Source of the DNA: Candidatus Omnitrophota bacterium
GTDB lineage: Bacteria > Omnitrophota > Gorgyraeia > Gygaellales > Profunditerraquicolaceae
Assembly: GCA_026387335.1 (NCBI GenBank)
Contig: JAPLLX010000002.1
Span: 13,326-77,325, forward strand
Reading direction: 5' to 3'
Length of the DNA stretch: 64,000 nt
The notes under the pieces were generated by a model. The model worked only from the letters and a program-made list of their open reading frames with translations, had not been told where the DNA came from and did not search any database. The position numbers were made by a program, and so were the translations under genes. Below, piece after piece: positions 51,105 to 60,609 of the stretch (positions within the stretch are counted from its first letter, which is position 1; every line of letters starts with the position of its first letter).

Positions 51105-52003
51105 GCGATTTGCCGAAAGACTTAAGGGAGAAATTAAAAGAAAAATTTATTATTACCGGGCTTAAAGTCGCCAAGCGGTTGGAGTCCAGCGACGGGACTA
51201 AAAAAATACTCTTTAGATTGCAGGACGCAAATCTTATTGAGGCGGTGATTATTCCTTCTAAAGAAAGAGTCACAGGTTGCGTCTCGACACAGGTAGGCTG
51301 CAAATTTGCCTGCCGGTTTTGCGCCAGCGGACAAGGCAGATTTAAACGCAATCTTACATTTGCAGAAATAATAGGCGAAGTCTTATATCTAAAGAAGGAA
51401 GCATTACCGGGTAAGCTTACGCATCTGGTCTTTATGGGGACAGGTGAGCCGCTGGATAATTATGCGGAAGTGATGAAGGCGGTAAGAATCATTAATTCCC
51501 CGTCAGCTTTTAATATCGGAGCGCGCAGGATCACCATTTCAACCAGCGGAATAATCCCGGGTATCCAGAAGCTCTCCGGCGAAGGCCTACAAATAGAATT
51601 ATCGGTTTCATTGCATGCGGCCGACGAAAAACTAAGGTCTGAACTTATGCCGGTTAATAAAATATATCCGTTAAAAGAACTGATTAATACTTGCAAGAAA
51701 TACAGTTTAGATACTAACCGCCAGGTGACCTTGGAATATATTTTAATTAAAGGCGTAAATTCAGAGTTGCAACACGCCCAGGACTTAAGAAAATTGCTGA
51801 GCGGATTTCCGTTGGCTAAAATTAACCTTATCCCGTCTAATGCTATAAAGGAGCTTAATATAGAGCCACCCGGAAGGCCGGAGGTACTTTTATTTAAGGA
51901 ATATCTCGTTAAGAACGGCTTAAATGTTACTTTGCGCAGAGAACGCGGAGGAGATATCGAGGCTGCCTGCGGGCAATTGAGATTAAAATATGCTGAAAAA
52001 TAA
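50972..52003 (+). CDS. rlmN: 23S rRNA m2A2503 / tRNA m2A37 methyltransferase RlmN (radical SAM)
   Basis: CKFACRFC (CxxxCxxC); conserved N-terminal YHAGQIFSWIY and C-terminal GGDIEAACGQL (second Cys pair). Confidence 0.85.
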   Translation: MEDITKLSLEELEDKLKGSGAKGYHAGQIFSWIYNKATLDFAEMSDLPKDLREKLKEKFIITGLKVAKRLESSDGTKKILFRLQDANLIEAVIIPSKERVTGCVSTQVGCKFACRFCASGQGRFKRNLTFAEIIGEVLYLKKEALPGKLTHLVFMGTGEPLDNYAEVMKAVRIINSPSAFNIGARRITISTSGIIPGIQKLSGEGLQIELSVSLHAADEKLRSELMPVNKIYPLKELINTCKKYSLDTNRQVTLEYILIKGVNSELQHAQDLRKLLSGFPLAKINLIPSNAIKELNIEPPGRPEVLLFKEYLVKNGLNVTLRRERGGDIEAACGQLRLKYAEK

Positions 52004-52628
52004 ATTAAAGACAGTTGCTTTAGTTGCAATTATTTTGGGTTTTGGCATAACCGCGTTACTCCTGAACGTTAAAAGAGAGATTAAGAATACAAACTCAAAC
52101 GGGAAAAATATAATTTGCTACGGCGATAGTATTACTTTTGGCTATGGAGTTAATCCCGGGGAAGATTATCCTACTGCTTTGGCCAAGATAGTAAATAGGC
52201 CGGTGATAAATGTAGGTGTAGACGGAGACACTTCCACCGAAGGATTGCAGAGGATAAAGCAGGATGTCCTGGAAAAGGAGCCTTATATTGTTTTAATTGA
52301 ATTTACCGGGAATGATTTTCTTAAAAAAATCCCTATGGATTTGACAATTAGCAATATTAAGGAGATGGTTAGAGAGATCCAAGGTAGAGGCGCGATGACT
52401 GCCATTGTTGACGTAAGCGCCGGTTTATTCCTATTTGATTACCGCGTAAGGCTTTATCTACTTGCCCGCCAGACAGGCTCAATTTTTATTCCCGCCACTT
52501 TAAGCGGAATAATAACCAACCCGAGCATGAAGAGCGATTTTATGCATCCTAACGCCTCCGGATACAAAATAGTCGCCCAGCGCGTGTATCAGACGATTGA
52601 GCCATATTTAAACAAACCCCAAAAATAA
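51990..52628 (+). CDS. SGNH/GDSL hydrolase (TesA/arylesterase-like)
   Basis: Block I IICYGDSITFGYG (catalytic Ser), GNDF block III, DxxHP block V (DFMHPNASG). Confidence 0.75.
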   Translation: MLKNKLKTVALVAIILGFGITALLLNVKREIKNTNSNGKNIICYGDSITFGYGVNPGEDYPTALAKIVNRPVINVGVDGDTSTEGLQRIKQDVLEKEPYIVLIEFTGNDFLKKIPMDLTISNIKEMVREIQGRGAMTAIVDVSAGLFLFDYRVRLYLLARQTGSIFIPATLSGIITNPSMKSDFMHPNASGYKIVAQRVYQTIEPYLNKPQK

Positions 52629-52663
52629 AAAAATGGGCCATTGATATTTATAGCCCATTTTAT
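52628..52663. terminator. Hairpin (AAATGGGC...GCCCATTT) between the GDSL gene and the minus-strand tRNA-Leu; possible bidirectional terminator
   Basis: 8-bp stem with flanking A/T runs, read directly. Confidence 0.4.
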
Positions 52664-52666
52664 AAA

Positions 52667-52749
52667 TGCCGGGAGAGGGAGTTGAACCCACATGAGCTTG
52701 CGCTCAACAGCTTTTGAGGCTGCCGCGTATGCCATTTCGCCATCCCGGC
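52667..52749 (-). tRNA. tRNA-Leu (anticodon CAA), class II with long variable arm
   Basis: Reverse complement folds as GCCGGGA / 3-bp D stem / anticodon stem GCAGC-loop CTCAAAA-GCTGT / variable stem-loop TGAGC-GCAA-GCTCA / T arm GTGGG-TTCAACT-CCCTC (one U-U mismatch) / TCCCGGC-A. No encoded CCA. Confidence 0.65.
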
Positions 52750-52816
52750 GATATTTTAATAGTTGACGCCAGTTATTTTATATTCTAAAATAGCAAAGGT
52801 CAATAGATATAATTAC

Positions 52817-52892
52817 GGGGCTGTAGCTCAGCTGGGAGAGCACTTGCATGGCATGCAAGGGGTCAGGAGTTCAATCCTCCTCAGCTCCACCA
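52817..52892 (+). tRNA. tRNA-Ala (anticodon GGC) with G3:U70 identity pair and encoded CCA
   Basis: GGGGCTG-TA-GCTC-AGCTGGGA-GAGC-A-CTTGC-ATGGCAT-GCAAG-GGGTC-AGGAG-TTCAATC-CTCCT-CAGCTCC-ACCA; the anticodon-loop centre is GGC. Confidence 0.85.
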
Positions 52893-52916
52893 AATTTTTG
52901 CGACAAGCAAAATTAA

Positions 52917-52939
52917 GGACGGATATCCTCCGTCCTTTT
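52917..52939 (+). terminator. Rho-independent terminator after tRNA-Ala
   Basis: GGACGGA-TATCC-TCCGTCC followed by TTTT. Confidence 0.6.
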
Positions 52940-52993
52940 ATGGTTAGAAGAGCTATTGACGCTCCACTTCCAGAGAGGTATAATTTAAAGGCT

Positions 52994-53839
52994 ATGATTT
53001 TAGGAGCGCATATATCCGGGGTAGGTAAGATTTATCAAACACTTGATCGCGCGCATGAATTAAAGTGCCAGACCATGCAGATTTTTGCCCGCAATCCCCA
53101 GCAATGGCGCGCAGGCAATTTAGACTCTAAAGATATAGAAGAATTCAAGCTCAGGCGCAAAAAATTTCATATTGACCCTGTTTTTATCCATATCTCTTAC
53201 CTGATTAACCTGGCTTCGCCTAACCCTAAACTTTATCAGGGTTCAATCCGGGCTTATGTTGAAGATATGCAGGATGCGGATAAATTAAAAGCCGATTACA
53301 TTGTCACGCATATGGGTAGCCATAAGGAGACCTCTGAAGAAGCCGGGATAAAAAGGCTGGTTGTGGCTTTGAATAAAATCCTCAGCCAAACTAAGGGTTC
53401 TAAAGTGGGGATATTGCTGGAGAATACCTCCGGTAGCGGTTCCTGGCTGGGGTATACCTTCGCTCATCAGAAAAAAATTATCGCCGGATTAAAAGAAAAA
53501 TCGCGCGTGGGGCTTTGTTTAGATACAGCGCACGCTTATTTAGCCGGTTACGATATAGCGACCAAGAAAGGCCTGGATAAAATGCTGGCTGAGGTTGATG
53601 CTCAAGTCGGCTTAAAACTGCTTAAGCTCATTCATTTAAATGACGCTTACGGAAAGTTAGCTTCGCATCATGACCGGCATGACCATATCGGTAAAGGGAG
53701 CATAGGTTTAGAGGGAATGCAAAGAATCATAAATCATCCGAAATTAAAGAATATTCCGATGATTTTAGAGACGCCTAAGGATGATGAAACCAGCGACGCG
53801 TTGAATCTGGCGTTGGTGAGAAAACTAAGTAAAAATTAA
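52994..53839 (+). CDS. nfo: Endonuclease IV (AP endonuclease family 2)
   Basis: MILGAHISG start (the ORF-track upstream extension crosses the tRNA and is spurious). Xylose-isomerase-like TIM barrel; HxxxxG metal sites (THMGSH, LDTAHAY, IHLNDA). Confidence 0.8.
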   Translation: MILGAHISGVGKIYQTLDRAHELKCQTMQIFARNPQQWRAGNLDSKDIEEFKLRRKKFHIDPVFIHISYLINLASPNPKLYQGSIRAYVEDMQDADKLKADYIVTHMGSHKETSEEAGIKRLVVALNKILSQTKGSKVGILLENTSGSGSWLGYTFAHQKKIIAGLKEKSRVGLCLDTAHAYLAGYDIATKKGLDKMLAEVDAQVGLKLLKLIHLNDAYGKLASHHDRHDHIGKGSIGLEGMQRIINHPKLKNIPMILETPKDDETSDALNLALVRKLSKN

Positions 53840-53844
53840 AAATT

Positions 53845-56244
53845 ATGTATTACGAATTTAGAAAAATAGAAAAAAAGTGGCAGAGAAATTGGCAGAAAGC
53901 TAAATCTTTTTGCGCCCGGATAGCGCCCGACAAGAAAAAGTACTATCTTCTGGAGATGTTCCCTTACCCATCGGGGAAGATCCATATGGGCCATGTGCGC
54001 AATTATACTATCGGCGACGTGGCCAGCCGTTTTAAGATCCTGGAAGGTTATAATGTTATGCATCCGATGGGATTTGACGCTTTTGGCCAGCCCGCGGAGA
54101 ACGCCGCGATAAAAAATAAGACCAAGCCGGATGCCTGGACGCATAAATGCATCCGTGAGATGGAAAATGAGCTTAAGAAGATGGGTTTTTCTTATGACTG
54201 GGAACGGGAAGTCTCTACCTGCGACAGCTCATATTATAAGTGGAACCAGTGGATTTTCTTAAAGATGCTTGAGCGAGGCCTGGCCTATAAAAAAGCTTCT
54301 GCCGTGAATTGGTGCCCGAATTGCGCGACTACTTTAGCCAATGAAGAGGTGGTTGATGGAGGCTGCTGGCGCTGCCAGGCAAAAGTAGAACAAAAAGATC
54401 TGGAGCAATGGTATTTGAATATTACCGAATATAAAGAACGGCTTTTAGAGGATTTGCGACAATTGTCCAACTGGCCCGAACGCGTAGTGAGTATGCAGGA
54501 AAATTGGATCGGTAAAAGCCAGGGTGTGGAGATTTATTTTAAATTGAAAGACAGTAAACGAACAATTTCGGTTTTTACGACGCGCGTTGACACGATTTTT
54601 GGCGCAACTTACATTGTTTTAGCTCCGGAACATCCTTTGGTTAAGGAGTTAATTAAAGGTAAGCCGCAGGAGAATGCAGCGCTGAAATTTATTGATAAAG
54701 TAGCCCAAGAGAGCAAGGTTGTGCGCGCGTCTTCGGATGTTAAGAAGGAAGGTATTTTTACCGGAAGTTTCGCGGTCAATCCGGTAAATAACGAAGAAGT
54801 CCCGGTTTGGCTCGCGGATTACGTTTTAATGGAGTATGGGACAGGCGCGATTATGGCTGTGCCCACGCATGACCAACGGGATTTCCTTTTTGCCAAAGAG
54901 CACGGCTTAGGAATGCGGGTTGTCATTCAGCCTAAAGAAAAAAATGTTCAGTCTATAGATGAATTAACCGAAGCCTATGAAGGCGAAGGCCGGCAAGTTA
55001 ATTCCGGAGAGTTTGACGGTCTATCCAGTCAGGAAGCTAAAATAAAAATTGCCGAATGGATGGAGAGGAAGGGGATCGGAAAGATCCAAACGCATTGGCG
55101 CTTACGCGACTGGCTCATTTCGCGGCAGCGTTATTGGGGGACTCCTATTCCGGTTATTTATTGCCCTAAGTGCGGGGTTGTCCCGGTTCCTTATAAAGAT
55201 TTGCCGGTCGAACTCCCTAAAGACGCTCCTTTTACCGGGGAGGGAGGTAACCCCTTAGGCAAGGTGAAAAAATTCGTGGAAGTAAAATGCCCCAAGTGTA
55301 AAGGCCTGGCCCGTCGGGAAACCGATACCATGGCTACTTTTTTTGACTCTTCCTGGTATTTCCTGAGGTTCTGCTCGCCAAAATTTAAAAACGGCCCGTT
55401 TGATGAAAAAGAAACCGCGTATTGGATGACAGTTGACCAGTATATCGGCGGGATAGAGCATGCGATTTTACATCTTTTGTATTCGCGTTTCTTTACGAAA
55501 TTTTTTAAAGATATCGGTATGATAAATTTTGATGAACCATTTAACCGCTTGCTTACCCAGGGGATGGTTTTAAAAGATGGCGAAGTTATGTCTAAGTCCA
55601 AAGGCAATATTGTTGACCCGGATATTATGATTCAAAAATACGGAGCGGATACTTTGAGGCTTTTTATTTTATTTGCCGCGCCTCCAGAAACCGAACTGGA
55701 ATGGGATGACCGGGGCTTAGAAGGCAGCCATAAATTCTTAAACCGCGTCTGGCGCATTCAGGAAAATTTAAAAGATAAAGCTGACCCGGCTTTAGCTCGA
55801 GCGCTGCATAAGACAATAAAAAAAGTTACGCAGGATTTCCGGGAATTTAAATTTAACACCGCTATAGCCAGTATGATGGAGTTAACCAATGCGATTTACC
55901 AGTCCGCGGCGGATAAAGATGTTTTTTCTAAGTTAATCATTATGCTTAGCCCAATTTGTCCGCATTTTTGTGAAGAACTCTGGCAGATATTGGGAAACAA
56001 AGGAAGCGTTTTAAAAGCGGGCTGGCCGGAAGTCGATCCGCATATGCTGGTTGAAGATAGCCTGACTATTGTCATTCAGGTTAACGGTAAAGTGCGTTTA
56101 AAAATTGAAGTGCCCGCGGAAATCGCGGAAAGCCAGCTTAAAGAAATGGTTTTAGCTGACGCAAGACTGACCCCCTGGATTCAAAATAAGCCTGTCAAAA
56201 ATTTTATCCTCGTCCCCAAAAAACTCATCAATATCGTAGTCTAA
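53845..56244 (+). CDS. leuS: Leucyl-tRNA synthetase
   Basis: HIGH motif [20 protein letters not shown] motif [10 protein letters not shown]1 editing and Zn-knuckle Cys pairs (CPNC...CWRC). Confidence 0.95.
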   Translation: MYYEFRKIEKKWQRNWQKAKSFCARIAPDKKKYYLLEMFPYPSGKIHMGHVRNYTIGDVASRFKILEGYNVMHPMGFDAFGQPAENAAIKNKTKPDAWTHKCIREMENELKKMGFSYDWEREVSTCDSSYYKWNQWIFLKMLERGLAYKKASAVNWCPNCATTLANEEVVDGGCWRCQAKVEQKDLEQWYLNITEYKERLLEDLRQLSNWPERVVSMQENWIGKSQGVEIYFKLKDSKRTISVFTTRVDTIFGATYIVLAPEHPLVKELIKGKPQENAALKFIDKVAQESKVVRASSDVKKEGIFTGSFAVNPVNNEEVPVWLADYVLMEYGTGAIMAVPTHDQRDFLFAKEHGLGMRVVIQPKEKNVQSIDELTEAYEGEGRQVNSGEFDGLSSQEAKIKIAEWMERKGIGKIQTHWRLRDWLISRQRYWGTPIPVIYCPKCGVVPVPYKDLPVELPKDAPFTGEGGNPLGKVKKFVEVKCPKCKGLARRETDTMATFFDSSWYFLRFCSPKFKNGPFDEKETAYWMTVDQYIGGIEHAILHLLYSRFFTKFFKDIGMINFDEPFNRLLTQGMVLKDGEVMSKSKGNIVDPDIMIQKYGADTLRLFILFAAPPETELEWDDRGLEGSHKFLNRVWRIQENLKDKADPALARALHKTIKKVTQDFREFKFNTAIASMMELTNAIYQSAADKDVFSKLIIMLSPICPHFCEELWQILGNKGSVLKAGWPEVDPHMLVEDSLTIVIQVNGKVRLKIEVPAEIAESQLKEMVLADARLTPWIQNKPVKNFILVPKKLINIVV

Positions 56245-56248
56245 ATTA

Positions 56249-56327
56249 GTTAGGGACGGTTCTCAAGCTAATCTTAAAGTGTCCCCATTAAGGGGACACT
56301 TTAGCTTTGAGTTGAGAACCGTCCCTA
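56249..56327. repeat. Palindromic element family B copy 2
   Basis: Immediately after the leuS stop: TTAGGGACGGTTCTCAAGCTAATCTTAAAGTGTCCCCATTAAGGGGACACTTTAGCTTTGAGTTGAGAACCGTCCCTAA. Confidence 0.85.
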
Positions 56328-56381
56328 ATATTTAGTTAGATTTTGTTTCCTGCCACGTCTATTAGAGCAGGAGGTGGGAAG

Positions 56382-56711
56382 ATGGTTAACTTTACGCAGG
56401 AGGAGAGAAAGGTTGTTTTGTTTCTGGGAATAGTTGCGCTATTGGGGGTGGGGGTAAATTTTGCGGCCAAACAGTTTGGCCCAGGCAAAAGTATAGCCAG
56501 TTTTTCCGAGGATTTAGGGAAAGTAGATTTAAACAGCGCGGATAAAAAACTCCTTATGGGAGTATCCGGCATCGGAGAAAAGCTGGCCGGCCGGATTATT
56601 GAATACCGTGATAAACATGAAGGTTTTGGCGATCTAAATGAGCTTAGAGATATAAAAGGAGTCAGTGATTCTAAATTCGTAAAAATAAAAGAATATCTAG
56701 CCATTAAATGA
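56382..56711 (+). CDS. comEA: ComEA-like DNA-binding competence protein (tandem HhH)
   Basis: N-terminal TM helix, then VDLNSADKKLLMGVSGIGEKLAGRIIEYRDKHEGFGDLNELRDIKGVSDSKFVKI (ComEA HhH signature). RBS GGAGGTGGGAAG before the ATG at 56382. Confidence 0.75.
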   Translation: MVNFTQEERKVVLFLGIVALLGVGVNFAAKQFGPGKSIASFSEDLGKVDLNSADKKLLMGVSGIGEKLAGRIIEYRDKHEGFGDLNELRDIKGVSDSKFVKIKEYLAIK

Positions 56712-58090
56712 AGCTTAATTTAGCCTGGATTACGCTTTGGTTTTGCGCTGGAATAACCTTCGCGTGCTTTATAATAATTCCCTTTTGGCTTCTTTATTCC
56801 ATCGCCCTTATCCTGCTTGTCGCCGTTATCTTTTTTCTGAAAAAAGATTTTACAGGTAGGGTATTGTTTTTAAGTTTAATCTTTATCCTCGGAGCGCTCC
56901 TTTTAAGTAATGCCTGTGCCTTGCCTAAGGCGCATATATCCAAGTTTATCTTTTACAAAAATAACACAATATTCGCGGTTAAAGGTTTTCTTAACAGCGA
57001 GCCTGCCGTAAAAGAAAGGAAAACCTATTTTAACTTTACTACTCAAGAGTTACGATTTAATAAGAGCAGTTATAAATGCTCCGGGGATATTTTCGTCATC
57101 CTAAAAAGCCCGGAAGATCTATCCTACGGAGAAGCTTTAATTTTAAGAGGAAGCCTGCATAAGCCGTTTAAGCTTTACCGGAAGGATCTAGCCGCAATCA
57201 TGCGCGTAAATAATCCCGCCTCTATCATAAAGCTGCATAAAAATTACGGCCAGCCGCTGCAAAAGCTCGCATTTTATATTAAGGGAGAGATAGAAAAAAC
57301 AATTTACCAAAGGCTTTCTCCTTTAACCGCTAGCATTTTGGATGCGATGGTTTTGGGCGATAAGAAAAATATCCCGGCAGTAGTTTACGATTCAATGGCC
57401 AAAACAGGCACAGTGCATATCCTGGTTGTCAGTGGTTTTAATGTGGGTATTGTCGCGTTTATAATTATGCTTTCTTTTAAGGTCTTGCGTTTTCCCCGCA
57501 AGGTGAGGTATATCCTGGCAATATTTTGCGTAATAATTTATTGCTTGGCTACGGGCGCGTCTGCTCCGGTTGTGCGCGCGACTACTATGGCCGTATTCTT
57601 CTTAACCGGGTTTCTTATAAGAAGGGAGCCGGATATCCGCAATTCATTTTCCTTGGCCGTGTTATTTATCCTCTTAATTAACCCAAAAGAGCTGTTTTCT
57701 ATAAGTTTCCAGCTTTCTTTTGTGAGCGTAGCGGCAATAGTCTTTCTTTACCCTCAACTTAGAATATTTTTCCGAGTTGATTCCTTTAGACCTAAGGTTT
57801 TCAGGCTCTTAGCCGAAAGCGCACTGGTTTCATTATCCGCCTGGCTGGGCACCCTGGGATTTATCGCTTATTATTTCAGGTTTTTTTCGCCCGTTACCGT
57901 CTTAGCGAATTTATTTATTGTCCCATTAGCCACCTTAATCACACTCTCCGGTTTTAGCCTGGCGGTCATTTCTCTGGTTTTCCCGGCTGGCGCGGGTTTC
58001 TTTGCTTGCGCCAATGAGTTCTTCGTGGCCCTGCTTTTGGCTGCTAATAATATGCTTGTCCGCCTGCCTTTTGCTTACCTATATCTGTGA
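56708..58090 (+). CDS. comEC: ComEC/Rec2-family membrane channel protein lacking the C-terminal metallo-beta-lactamase domain
   Basis: DUF4131-like N-terminus plus the Competence domain with TVHILVVSGFNVGIV (HLLaISGlHvG pattern). 460 aa, ending after the TM core. Confidence 0.6.
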   Translation: MKLNLAWITLWFCAGITFACFIIIPFWLLYSIALILLVAVIFFLKKDFTGRVLFLSLIFILGALLLSNACALPKAHISKFIFYKNNTIFAVKGFLNSEPAVKERKTYFNFTTQELRFNKSSYKCSGDIFVILKSPEDLSYGEALILRGSLHKPFKLYRKDLAAIMRVNNPASIIKLHKNYGQPLQKLAFYIKGEIEKTIYQRLSPLTASILDAMVLGDKKNIPAVVYDSMAKTGTVHILVVSGFNVGIVAFIIMLSFKVLRFPRKVRYILAIFCVIIYCLATGASAPVVRATTMAVFFLTGFLIRREPDIRNSFSLAVLFILLINPKELFSISFQLSFVSVAAIVFLYPQLRIFFRVDSFRPKVFRLLAESALVSLSAWLGTLGFIAYYFRFFSPVTVLANLFIVPLATLITLSGFSLAVISLVFPAGAGFFACANEFFVALLLAANNMLVRLPFAYLYL

Positions 58091-58146
58091 TTTTCACCCT
58101 TAATCTGTTTGACAAATAAGGCCCCTTGTGTTAAAGTTGTAATGTT

Positions 58147-59088
58147 ATGCGACGGATAATTTTAAGTTTCTGTATTATTTTTACCTTAACGGCCAGTCCG
58201 GCCTACCCCTTTTGGATCTGGACTCCCAAAACCGGCAAATGGGTAAACCCCAAGAATGTCGCCAAAGATAGCCCTAAGGCCCAGTTTGATTTTGCCAAAG
58301 ACTTCTACAGCGAGAAAAAGTACCCTGATGCCCTGCGGGAATTTAAAAAACTGCTTAAGACTTATCCTAAATCTTTTGAGGCCTCGGAAGCCCAATATTA
58401 CCTGGGGCTCATTGAGGAAGAGCAGGGGAATCTTTACGAGGCGTACCTGGCTTATCAGCGGGTTGTGGATAAGTATCCTTTTTCCGAACGGATTAAAGAG
58501 GTGATTGAGAAAGAATATAATATTGCCGAGCAATTTATCGCCGGCTTAAAACGTAAGGCCTTAGGGGTGGTTTTACCAGTTGAAAACCCGGCGATAGAGA
58601 TACTCACCAAGGTTGTGGAGAATTCAACCTACGGGCCTTTGGCGCCTAAGGCAGAATATAAATTGGGGCTGCTTTTAAAAGGCCTCCAGCGTTACTATGA
58701 GGCGGAGGATGCTTTTAATAAAGTAATCAATAATTATCCCGACAGCGAATGGACCGAGCCGGCCAGGTTCCAGATCGCCACCTGTCGCGCGGCTGTGTCC
58801 CGCGGGCCGGACTATGACCAGGGCGCTATGCAGGACGCCAAACAAAAATTTGAGGAGTTCGTCAGGGAGCATCCCGACGCGGTATTATCAAAAGACGCTG
58901 AAGAAAATATCAATATATTGAAAGAAAAAGAAGCGGCAGCCAGTTACAATATCGCGGTGTTTTATGAAAAACAGAAGGCTTATAAGGCCGCCAGGATCTA
59001 TTATGAAAACGTAATCAATAATTATTCGGATACCGCTTGGAGCGCGAAAGCGCTTGAGCGCTTACAGGTAATGGAGAAGAAAAAATGA
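58147..59088 (+). CDS. BamD/YfiO-like TPR protein (outer-membrane assembly factor-like)
   Basis: Signal peptide and 5-6 TPR-like repeats (YYLGLIEEEQGNLYEAYLAYQRVVDKYP...). Family call by architecture; no lipobox Cys. Confidence 0.4.
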   Translation: MRRIILSFCIIFTLTASPAYPFWIWTPKTGKWVNPKNVAKDSPKAQFDFAKDFYSEKKYPDALREFKKLLKTYPKSFEASEAQYYLGLIEEEQGNLYEAYLAYQRVVDKYPFSERIKEVIEKEYNIAEQFIAGLKRKALGVVLPVENPAIEILTKVVENSTYGPLAPKAEYKLGLLLKGLQRYYEAEDAFNKVINNYPDSEWTEPARFQIATCRAAVSRGPDYDQGAMQDAKQKFEEFVREHPDAVLSKDAEENINILKEKEAAASYNIAVFYEKQKAYKAARIYYENVINNYSDTAWSAKALERLQVMEKKK

Positions 59089-59648
59089 GGAAAAGACAGA
59101 GTTTATTTTTGGCCTTAACTGCCGTAAGTTATCTGGTAGCTGCTGTTTTACTCTCTGGATGCGGGTATACCACCCGTTCTATGGCCAACAGCAAGTACAG
59201 GACTATACATATTGAGCCTTTCCTGAATAAAGTAAATATAACTAACGAAGCCGATACCGCCAATAAATACAGATTATACAGGCCGATGATCGAAACCGAT
59301 ATTACCAGGTACGTAAGTAACAGGTATCTTTTTGATGGGAACTTGCGCCCGATAGGTGAGGGTAGTAACGCCGACCTTATCTTAAAAGGTGAAGTCATAG
59401 ATTTCCGCAAGGATCCTTTACGTTATGATAATGGCGATAACGTAAGCGAATACCGCATTAATCTGGTAGTCAATATCAGCCTTTGGGAGACAAAAGAAAA
59501 TAAGCTGATTTGGCAGGAGAATGGTTTTACCGGAGATACTACCTATTTTGCGACCGGCACGCAGTCAAAAACTGAAGACGCGGCGGTAACCGACGCCCTT
59601 AATGATCTTAGCCGCAGGATTGTGGAGCGGACAGTCGAACAGTGGTAA
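59085..59648 (+). CDS. LptE-like lipoprotein
   Basis: Lipobox LLSGC after the signal peptide; about 187 aa. Position between leuS and holA as in proteobacterial leuS-lptE-holA synteny. Confidence 0.4.
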   Translation: MRKRQSLFLALTAVSYLVAAVLLSGCGYTTRSMANSKYRTIHIEPFLNKVNITNEADTANKYRLYRPMIETDITRYVSNRYLFDGNLRPIGEGSNADLILKGEVIDFRKDPLRYDNGDNVSEYRINLVVNISLWETKENKLIWQENGFTGDTTYFATGTQSKTEDAAVTDALNDLSRRIVERTVEQW

Positions 59649-59661
59649 GTACTGATAGTAA

Positions 59662-60333
59662 ATGATTTATTTATTTATCGGCCAGGATTCTTCCTTTCGA
59701 GACTCTCCCTTAAGCTGCAAAGATATCCAGTTCCAACAGATTAAAAAAGAGTTCTTACCTAAAGAAGTAGAGCAGTTTAATCTGGATATACTTTACGCCG
59801 AGGCGCTTAAATTAAAAGAACTGCAGGAAAAACTCTCAGCCCTTCCGGTAGAATCCTCCAAGAGAATAATAGTAATAAGGAATGCCCAGGAATTGCCTTC
59901 GGATATAGAAGATTTTATACAGCGCTGGGCTAAAGGTGAACGTAAAGATATCGTGCTGCTTTTGGATATAGCCGAACAGGGCAAAAAGGAAGCGTTTTTG
60001 CGGAAGATATATAAATACGCAAAAATATTCCGTTTTAAAGAGCCTCAGGCGCTGAATACCTTTAATCTTACCCGTTCAATAGAGCAAAGAAAGCCGGATT
60101 ACGCGCTTAAGTTATTAGAGCAGCTTTTAAAAGACGGCGAGAGGCCGGAGAGGATATTGGGTGGTTTAAGATATACTCTGGAAAATAGCCCGCTGAATCC
60201 GCTTGAGATAAAACGCAGGGTCAAAATGCTCTTGGAATGCGATGTTGAAATAAAAACGGGCAAAGCTAAGCCCGTTTTTGCTTTAGAAAAATTGATTGTA
60301 AGGTTATGCGCCCTTGCCCAGCCGTTTCATTAG
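59662..60333 (+). CDS. holA: DNA polymerase III delta subunit-like (short)
   Basis: IYLFIGQDSSF N-terminus (HolA Y.L.G.D..L), a RIIVIRNAQEL...IVLLLD clamp-loader-like block. Adjacent to rpsT as in Firmicutes comE-holA-rpsT synteny. Only 223 aa. Confidence 0.45.
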   Translation: MIYLFIGQDSSFRDSPLSCKDIQFQQIKKEFLPKEVEQFNLDILYAEALKLKELQEKLSALPVESSKRIIVIRNAQELPSDIEDFIQRWAKGERKDIVLLLDIAEQGKKEAFLRKIYKYAKIFRFKEPQALNTFNLTRSIEQRKPDYALKLLEQLLKDGERPERILGGLRYTLENSPLNPLEIKRRVKMLLECDVEIKTGKAKPVFALEKLIVRLCALAQPFH

Positions 60334-60567
60334 GCGGGATTTCTTGCGGTTGGCTGTCGCGGGGTGAATCGTTCTTTTCTTCGCCGCTTTATCCAACTGG
60401 GAAAATACTTGGCCTAAAAGTTTTTTAGCTTCGGCAATGTTTTTTGCCGCCATTAGGCCGCTAAACTGCTTGATTGTTTTTTTGAGCTGCTGCTTTATTT
60501 TTAAGTTTTGCAGATGCTTTTTCTTATCTTGGCGCGTTTTCTTAATCGATGTTCTGCGTCTGGGCAT
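60304..60567 (-). CDS. rpsT: 30S ribosomal protein S20
   Basis: MPRRRTSIKKTRQDKKKHLQNLKIKQQLKKTIKQ...HPATANRKKSRLMKRL is the S20 basic helical pattern. The likely start is the internal Met at 60567. Confidence 0.85.
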   Translation of the reverse strand: MPRRRTSIKKTRQDKKKHLQNLKIKQQLKKTIKQFSGLMAAKNIAEAKKLLGQVFSQLDKAAKKRTIHPATANRKKSRLMKRLGKGA

Positions 60568-60609
60568 ATTATTTTCTCCTTTTAAGTAAATTAGCATAAT
60601 TAATTATTT

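Noticed and set aside
52763-52993. N-terminal extension of the nfo ORF (52763-52993) and the ORF-track starts at 47554 and 49347
   Set aside because: The nfo extension reads straight through tRNA-Ala. The 47554 and 49347 starts encode MVAEKRKMVAVPIY, which is REPIN sequence translated. Real starts are the downstream ATGs (52994, 47608, 49395).
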